Shown: one piece after another, positions 58,574 to 64,000 of the stretch | Position numbering within the stretch: position 1 is the first letter of the stretch | Layout: every line of letters starts with the position of its first letter | NCBI GenBank assembly: GCA_903882905.1 | Contig: CAIRYW010000019.1 | Location: 1,406-65,405 of the forward strand | Direction: 5' to 3' | Origin: an uncultured bacterium | GTDB taxonomy: Bacteria; Patescibacteriota; Minisyncoccia; Phycocordibacterales; CAIRYW01 | DNA length: 64,000 bases | Translations under genes and position numbers: made by a program | Notes under the pieces: generated by a model | What the model was told of the DNA's origin: nothing | Database searches by the model: none | The model's input: only the letters and a program-made list of their open reading frames with translations

Positions 58574-59794
58574 TTAACGCCAAGAAGCATCTTTAGTAGT
58601 CACTGTATTATATATTGCTTTTGTAATCCAGAAAGGTGAAATAATTATGTAAACAGTTAAAAAGTAAATTACTTCAAATGAAAAATGCCATTTACCAGTC
58701 GAAATTTTATGTCCGAGCCATACTGTAAATATAGTAACAGCAATGAGAGAAAGTCCTAATATTGAAACTGCGCTTGTATCAAAATAGAACCAATCAAAAT
58801 TTGGTGCATGAAAATAGAAACCTCCAAAATATATTTTTTCAAATTCCATCCACAATGAATTAAATAAACTAACAACACCTTTGATAAAAACGAAAAAACT
58901 AAGAAATACTCCAAATGCTGCAAAAGGTAAAACTATTAAGCCAAGGTCGCCGTATTTTTTATTGAAAACCATTCCTTTGTAGTCAATAAGGTTTGCCAAA
59001 AAACCGCTAACCCAACGTACTCTTTGTTTGTATAATTTTTTGATACTGTTTGGTCCAACTGTATAAACCAAGGCTCTTGGTTCGTTAACAATTTTATAAC
59101 CATTTTTTTGAAGGCGCATAGCCATTTCCATATCCTCAGTATTATGAGCCTTACGGTACATTCCAACTTTTTCAAAAACTGATTTTCTATAAAAAGAAAA
59201 AGGTCCAGGGGCAATGTGAATAGCTCCAATAGCGCAAAAAGCTTTTCTGACAAAATTTCCGTATTGATATTCGGCTTTTTGAGTTTTACGAATAATATTG
59301 TTTGCATCATCAATTACCACAGAAGGTGTTACAGCCATCACATTTTCATTTCTAAATCTCTGAACAATCAATTTCAATGCTTCTCTATCAACAAAAGAAT
59401 CAGCATCAAGACAACCGATAAATTCTGCTTTTGAAGTTTGAATGCCAAGATTTAATGCAGTATGTTTCCCACCATTTTCTTTTGAAAGGACAATAATATT
59501 TTTTTTATCTTCAAATTTTTTTAGAACCTCAAGTGTGTTGTCTGTGGAGCCGTCGTTGATTGCAAAAATATTATATTTATCTTTAGGATAATCAAGGGCT
59601 AAAAGGGAATGTAGGGTTTTTGATATAGTAGTTTCTTCGTTAAAAATTGGGACAATGATGTCTACAAATGGAAAGTAGTCCCCGTCTTTTTTTTCATCGT
59701 CTGAACCATCCATAAGAGACATTAATAAAAATACCTCGAAGTAAAGCGAGACGAAAATGAAGATATAGTTCGTTAAACCTATGAGTCCAGTCAT
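58574..59794 (-). CDS. Processive membrane glycosyltransferase family 2
   Basis: IVPIFNEE, NDGSTD, LDAD, TED, QRVRW; start moved to avoid overlap with pheS. Confidence 0.88.
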   Translation of the reverse strand: MTGLIGLTNYIFIFVSLYFEVFLLMSLMDGSDDEKKDGDYFPFVDIIVPIFNEETTISKTLHSLLALDYPKDKYNIFAINDGSTDNTLEVLKKFEDKKNIIVLSKENGGKHTALNLGIQTSKAEFIGCLDADSFVDREALKLIVQRFRNENVMAVTPSVVIDDANNIIRKTQKAEYQYGNFVRKAFCAIGAIHIAPGPFSFYRKSVFEKVGMYRKAHNTEDMEMAMRLQKNGYKIVNEPRALVYTVGPNSIKKLYKQRVRWVSGFLANLIDYKGMVFNKKYGDLGLIVLPFAAFGVFLSFFVFIKGVVSLFNSLWMEFEKIYFGGFYFHAPNFDWFYFDTSAVSILGLSLIAVTIFTVWLGHKISTGKWHFSFEVIYFLTVYIIISPFWITKAIYNTVTTKDASWR

Positions 59795-59861
59795 TAGGTA
59801 GCATTTTACCGCATTTTGGGTTTTTTGGGAATAATTACCTATATTTGATATAATCTTTTGA

Positions 59862-60566
59862 ATGCAAGACAAAAATGAAAAAACAGGGCATTTACACCCA
59901 ATAACTTTAGCAATAGACGAAATCAGACGAATCTTTAAGGAAGTTGGCTTTTCTGTGGCTGAGGGACCTGAAATTGAAAAAGAATATTACAATTTTGATG
60001 CATTAAATATGCCAGCTGATCATCCTGCCCGCGATATGCAAGATACTTTTTGGGTAGCGCCACTAAGTGAAAAAAAAGTTTTGCGTACACATACTTCTCC
60101 TGTACAGATTCATTATATGGAAAATCACAAACCGCCGATTGCAATTATTGTGCCAGGTAAGGTTTATCGAAATGAAGCTACTGATGCGACTCACGGAGCG
60201 GAATTTTATCAAGTTGAAGGACTTTATATAAACAAAAAAGTTTCGATGGCAGATTTAAAGGGAGTGCTTTCACATTTTTTCAAGGAATTTTTTGGACCTG
60301 ATGTTGAAATTAGATTTCGACCAAGTTTTTTTCCTTTTACCGAACCTTCTGTAGAAATTGATATGAAGTACAAAGATAAGTGGCTTGAGATGATGGGAGC
60401 TGGGCTTGTGCATCCAAAAGTTTTGGAAGCAGGAGGAATTGATTCAAAAGAATACAGTGGTTTTGCTTTTGGTGGCGGAATCGACAGAATGGTGATGCTT
60501 AAATATGGCATTGAAGATTTACGTTTGCTTTATTCAGGAGATTTGAGGGTAATTAATCAGTTTTAA
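59862..60566 (+). CDS. pheS: Phenylalanine-tRNA ligase alpha subunit (no N-terminal coiled coil)
   Basis: GHLHP, NFDALN, HPARDMQDTF, LRTHTS, FPFTEPS. Confidence 0.95.
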   Translation: MQDKNEKTGHLHPITLAIDEIRRIFKEVGFSVAEGPEIEKEYYNFDALNMPADHPARDMQDTFWVAPLSEKKVLRTHTSPVQIHYMENHKPPIAIIVPGKVYRNEATDATHGAEFYQVEGLYINKKVSMADLKGVLSHFFKEFFGPDVEIRFRPSFFPFTEPSVEIDMKYKDKWLEMMGAGLVHPKVLEAGGIDSKEYSGFAFGGGIDRMVMLKYGIEDLRLLYSGDLRVINQF

Positions 60567-60570
60567 TTTT

Positions 60571-62520
60571 ATGTTAGTTTCATACAAATGGCTTCAGACT
60601 TATTTCAAAGACCCACTTCCAAGTGTGGAAGATTTGGCTGAGTTGATTACTTTTAGTTCTTTTGAAATTGAAAACATTGAAAAAAAAGCCAATGATTTTG
60701 TTTTGGATGTAAAAGTTTTGCCAGACCGCGCTTGTTATGCATTAAGTCACCAAGGAATTGCAAAAGAAATTTCTGCGGTTTTGACTGACAATGTATTTAC
60801 TCCACGCGACACAAGTTTTTCTTCAAAATCTGAATTTAAAACTCCAGAAGTCCTTATTCAGAATATAGATATTTGCAAAAGATATGTGGCAACAAAAGTT
60901 ATAAATATTTCTCATGAATCGCCTTTGTGGCTGAAAGAAAGATTAAATTCTGTAGGACAGCGTTCAATAAGTTTGCTTGTTGATCTAACAAACTTTGTGA
61001 TGCTTGATATTGGTGAGCCGATGCATGTTTTTGATGCTGAAAAAATTGTGGAAAAAATAGTTGTACGTGATTCAGAAAAAGATGAAAAAATTGAACTGCT
61101 AGATGGAAAAGAAGTTGCTCTGCCTGAGGGAACTCTTTTGATTTGTGATGAAAAAGGACCACTTGCTGTGGCTGGTATTAAAGGCGGAAAGAAAGCAGAA
61201 GTTGGAGCACATACCGAGTCAGTTATTGTTGAAGCAGCAAATTTTGATTCTACTGCTATTAGAAAAACTTCTACAAAAATTGGTATAAAAACAGATTCAT
61301 CAAAAAGATTTGAAAACAATCTCTCTTCAGAGAAAGCTATTGAAGGTATGAAATATTTTCTAAAGCTTTTGAAAAAGGAAGATTCTTTGATTTCAGTTAG
61401 TGAAATAAATGACCAGAATTTTTCAAATGAGACTGAAAAAATGCTTGAGGCTCCTTTTGAAAAAGTTAGAGAAATGCTTGGAGTGGATATTTCAAATGCT
61501 GAAATAATTAATTGTCTAAATAGAGTTGGTCTTATATCTGAGATGGCTGGAGACAAAATCTTGTTGAGAGTTACTCAAGAAAGAAAAGATATAAATATTG
61601 CAGAGGATGTTGCAGAAGAGGTAGGACGCATTTACGGGTATAACAAAATTATAGGTACATTTCCCGAAATTAAAAATCTATATTCAGCAAACAAAAATTT
61701 TTCAGTTCAAAACAAAATTAGAAACTTTTTAGTAGAAAAAGGATTTTCAGAAATAATTACTTATTCATTGAATGAATTAGGGGAAGTAAAGTTAGCAAAT
61801 CCGCTTGCTTCAGATAAGGGGCAACTTAGAACAAATTTGTCTGATTCAATCGAGGAAAAACTGGCATTTAATCTTCATTCTTCAGATCTGTTAAATACAA
61901 ATGAGATAAGAATTTTTGAGATCGGAACAATTTTTCTAAAAGATGGTGAAAGGAAATCACTTGCGATTGGCGTTGCATATAAAAAAACAAAAGGTAAAAC
62001 TCGTCCTAACGATGAAATTAAAATCGTCCGAGATGAACTTTTTGAAGCACTTAATTTGAATCTAAATACTGTATGCACAATTGATGATTCTGGTGGGTTA
62101 ATTATGGAAGGTTCAAAACAAATTGGGACAATTAATAACAAAGATGGAATCTTTGAAATAGATTTAGATTTTATTACTGGTTTAGTGAATGAAAATGAAG
62201 ATACTTTCATCGAGACGAAAAGTATACTTGAGAAATATCAACCATTTTCTGTTTATCCTTTCGTTGTCCGTGATATTGCCGTTTTTGTTCCAAGCGAAGT
62301 TAAACAGGAAGAAATTTTGAAGATTATTAAAATTCAAGCGGGAGAACTTTTGGTAAAGACAAATCTTTTCGACGTGTTTTCTAAAGATGGAAAGACTTCA
62401 TATGCTTTTAGATTGATTTTCCAGTCTTTTTATAAAACCCTTGTTGAAAAAGAAGTTGAAGAAATAATGTATAGAATTACATCAGTTTTGAATTCCAGAG
62501 AAAATTGGAAAGTTAGATAA
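60571..62520 (+). CDS. pheT: Phenylalanine-tRNA ligase beta subunit (short)
   Basis: SYKWL, DLTNFVML, SSKRFE, EDVAEEVGRIYGY, RDIA. Confidence 0.93.
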   Translation: MLVSYKWLQTYFKDPLPSVEDLAELITFSSFEIENIEKKANDFVLDVKVLPDRACYALSHQGIAKEISAVLTDNVFTPRDTSFSSKSEFKTPEVLIQNIDICKRYVATKVINISHESPLWLKERLNSVGQRSISLLVDLTNFVMLDIGEPMHVFDAEKIVEKIVVRDSEKDEKIELLDGKEVALPEGTLLICDEKGPLAVAGIKGGKKAEVGAHTESVIVEAANFDSTAIRKTSTKIGIKTDSSKRFENNLSSEKAIEGMKYFLKLLKKEDSLISVSEINDQNFSNETEKMLEAPFEKVREMLGVDISNAEIINCLNRVGLISEMAGDKILLRVTQERKDINIAEDVAEEVGRIYGYNKIIGTFPEIKNLYSANKNFSVQNKIRNFLVEKGFSEIITYSLNELGEVKLANPLASDKGQLRTNLSDSIEEKLAFNLHSSDLLNTNEIRIFEIGTIFLKDGERKSLAIGVAYKKTKGKTRPNDEIKIVRDELFEALNLNLNTVCTIDDSGGLIMEGSKQIGTINNKDGIFEIDLDFITGLVNENEDTFIETKSILEKYQPFSVYPFVVRDIAVFVPSEVKQEEILKIIKIQAGELLVKTNLFDVFSKDGKTSYAFRLIFQSFYKTLVEKEVEEIMYRITSVLNSRENWKVR

Positions 62521-62545
62521 TCTTTTAATTAATAATTAATAAAAT

Positions 62546-63058
62546 ATGAATATACATCCAATTTTTGTTCACTTTCCAATTGCTTTACTTACAGTTTATG
62601 CAATTTTAGAGATGATTCATTTTAGAAAACTTATTTATAAGATTGAATTTTTTTATATTAAATTTTTATTACTAATTATAGGAACACTCGGCGCTTTTAT
62701 ATCTCTTGCGACAGGGGATAGCGCTTCAAGATTACATCGAGATGTTCGAGCTCTTGTTCATCTGCATAGTAATTTTGCATCTGCAACAACAATAATTTTT
62801 GGAGTACTTCTTCTTGTTTATATTTTTGATTGGGTGCACCTTGTATTCGGTGAAAAACTTTCCAGTTCAAAATTTTCAAAAATTTGGAGTCTTAAAAAAC
62901 TTGTAGTTCATAAAGTATTTAGTGGGCCAGTTATTATTCTTCTGGCTATTTTAGGATTAATTGCCTTATTGATAACTGGTGCTCTTGGGGGAGCGATTGT
63001 GTATGGTGTAAGCGGCGATCCATTTACTGCCTTTGTTTATAAAATTTTCTTTCCGTAA
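62546..63058 (+). CDS. DUF2231-like membrane protein
   Basis: IHPIFVHFPIAL, TG..GG..VY. Confidence 0.75.
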   Translation: MNIHPIFVHFPIALLTVYAILEMIHFRKLIYKIEFFYIKFLLLIIGTLGAFISLATGDSASRLHRDVRALVHLHSNFASATTIIFGVLLLVYIFDWVHLVFGEKLSSSKFSKIWSLKKLVVHKVFSGPVIILLAILGLIALLITGALGGAIVYGVSGDPFTAFVYKIFFP

Positions 63059-63166
63059 GAAGTTCACTCTCTTTTTAGACTGAAAAAAGCACCAAAATAA
63101 AGGTTTTTAGCGTATCAATGCATGTGAGGTTTTACACAATTACAACAACCAAAATAAAAATTCAAA

Positions 63167-63757
63167 ATGAAAAAATACATAATTTCTACACTGACCGTGC
63201 TAACCTTTGCTGTTTATGTGCTCTACCAAAGAGTCAGTGGAAGTCCTGTTGTTCTTCCAAATAATCAATTAGCAACAAATACGACGTCGGACGTTACGTC
63301 TCAAAGTTCTTCTTCTGGAGATGGAGGAAATAATATTTTTTCTAATATTTTAAATTCAGTTACAACTTCATCGCCTACTCCAGCTCCGATAACAACTAAA
63401 AAAACTACAACAGTAAAAACTACACCAGTTGTTGTTAAACCAACACCAGTGCCAGTCGCACAACAACAAGGTAAATATAAAAATGGTACGTACACAGGAA
63501 GTGTTGGGGATGCGTATTATGGAAATGTTCAGGTCCAAGCTGTAATTCAAAATGGTGCGTTAGCAAATGTAGTTATTCTTGATTATCCACAAGATCGAAG
63601 TCGATCAGTTTCTATAAATACCAGAGTGATGCCAATTTTAGTTAGTGAAGCGATTCAAGCTCAGAGTGCAAACGTTAACACAGTCTCTGGAGCAACAGAT
63701 TCAAGTGGAGCTTTTAGGCAGTCTCTAGATGCTGCATTGTCACAAGCTTTAATTTAA
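63167..63757 (+). CDS. Extracytosolic FMN-binding domain protein
   Basis: YKNGTYTG, YGNVQV, flavinylation motif VSGATDSS. Confidence 0.88.
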   Translation: MKKYIISTLTVLTFAVYVLYQRVSGSPVVLPNNQLATNTTSDVTSQSSSSGDGGNNIFSNILNSVTTSSPTPAPITTKKTTTVKTTPVVVKPTPVPVAQQQGKYKNGTYTGSVGDAYYGNVQVQAVIQNGALANVVILDYPQDRSRSVSINTRVMPILVSEAIQAQSANVNTVSGATDSSGAFRQSLDAALSQALI

Positions 63758-63764
63758 ATTAAAA

Positions 63765-64000
63765 ATGAAAGAAACTCGCATAATGATGGGGATGACGATT
63801 ACAGTTGAAATAGCTGATAAAGTTTTTGATCCTAAAATTTTTAAAAAAGTTTTTGATTATTTTGAGTATGTAGATCAAAAATTTAGTATGTACAAACCAA
63901 CAAGTGAAATTTCACACATAAATAAAAAACAAATTAAAAAAGAGGAATATAGCCACGATATGCAGGAAGTTTTGAATTTATCAGAAGAAACAAAAAAAGT
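63765..64000 (+). CDS. apbE: FAD:protein FMN transferase, 5' part (runs off the window)
   Basis: MKETRIMMGMTITVEI...FSMYKPTSEISHIN; adjacent to the FMN-binding gene. Confidence 0.75.
   Translation, partial: MKETRIMMGMTITVEIADKVFDPKIFKKVFDYFEYVDQKFSMYKPTSEISHINKKQIKKEEYSHDMQEVLNLSEETKK

Overview
Low-GC, gene-dense window from what is most plausibly a Patescibacteria/CPR (Parcubacteria-like) genome using genetic code 11 (both RF1 and RF2 are present; this placement is inferred from gene content and style). It holds a complete monoderm type IV pilus/competence locus (comF, pilM/N/O, pilB, pilT, pilC, about 9 pilins, pilD; no pilQ), housekeeping genes (ligA, gatCA, prfA/prfB, ftsEX, pyrG, rplY, rpmE, rpsB, tsf, pheST) and seven tRNA genes. 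Two of the tRNAs (Asp-GTC, Thr-GGT) are split by group I introns, and one is overlapped by a free-standing LAGLIDADG gene. Three unexplained signals stand out. (1) A family of at least 7 elements is bounded by CCCAGCAC...GTGCTGGG inverted repeats; one copy carries a small GIY-YIG nuclease, and three sit in prepilin leader regions where the right end itself encodes the Gly(-1) cleavage site. (2) A structured non-coding element family is attached to three different tRNAs, always fused at T-loop C56 and carrying host-matched antisense segments. (3) An operon joins a cytosine-deaminase-like amidohydrolase and argH to pyrD-pyrE-pyrF, suggesting a possible carAB/pyrB/pyrC-independent route to UMP. 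All product calls come from motif recognition only; no database searches were run.
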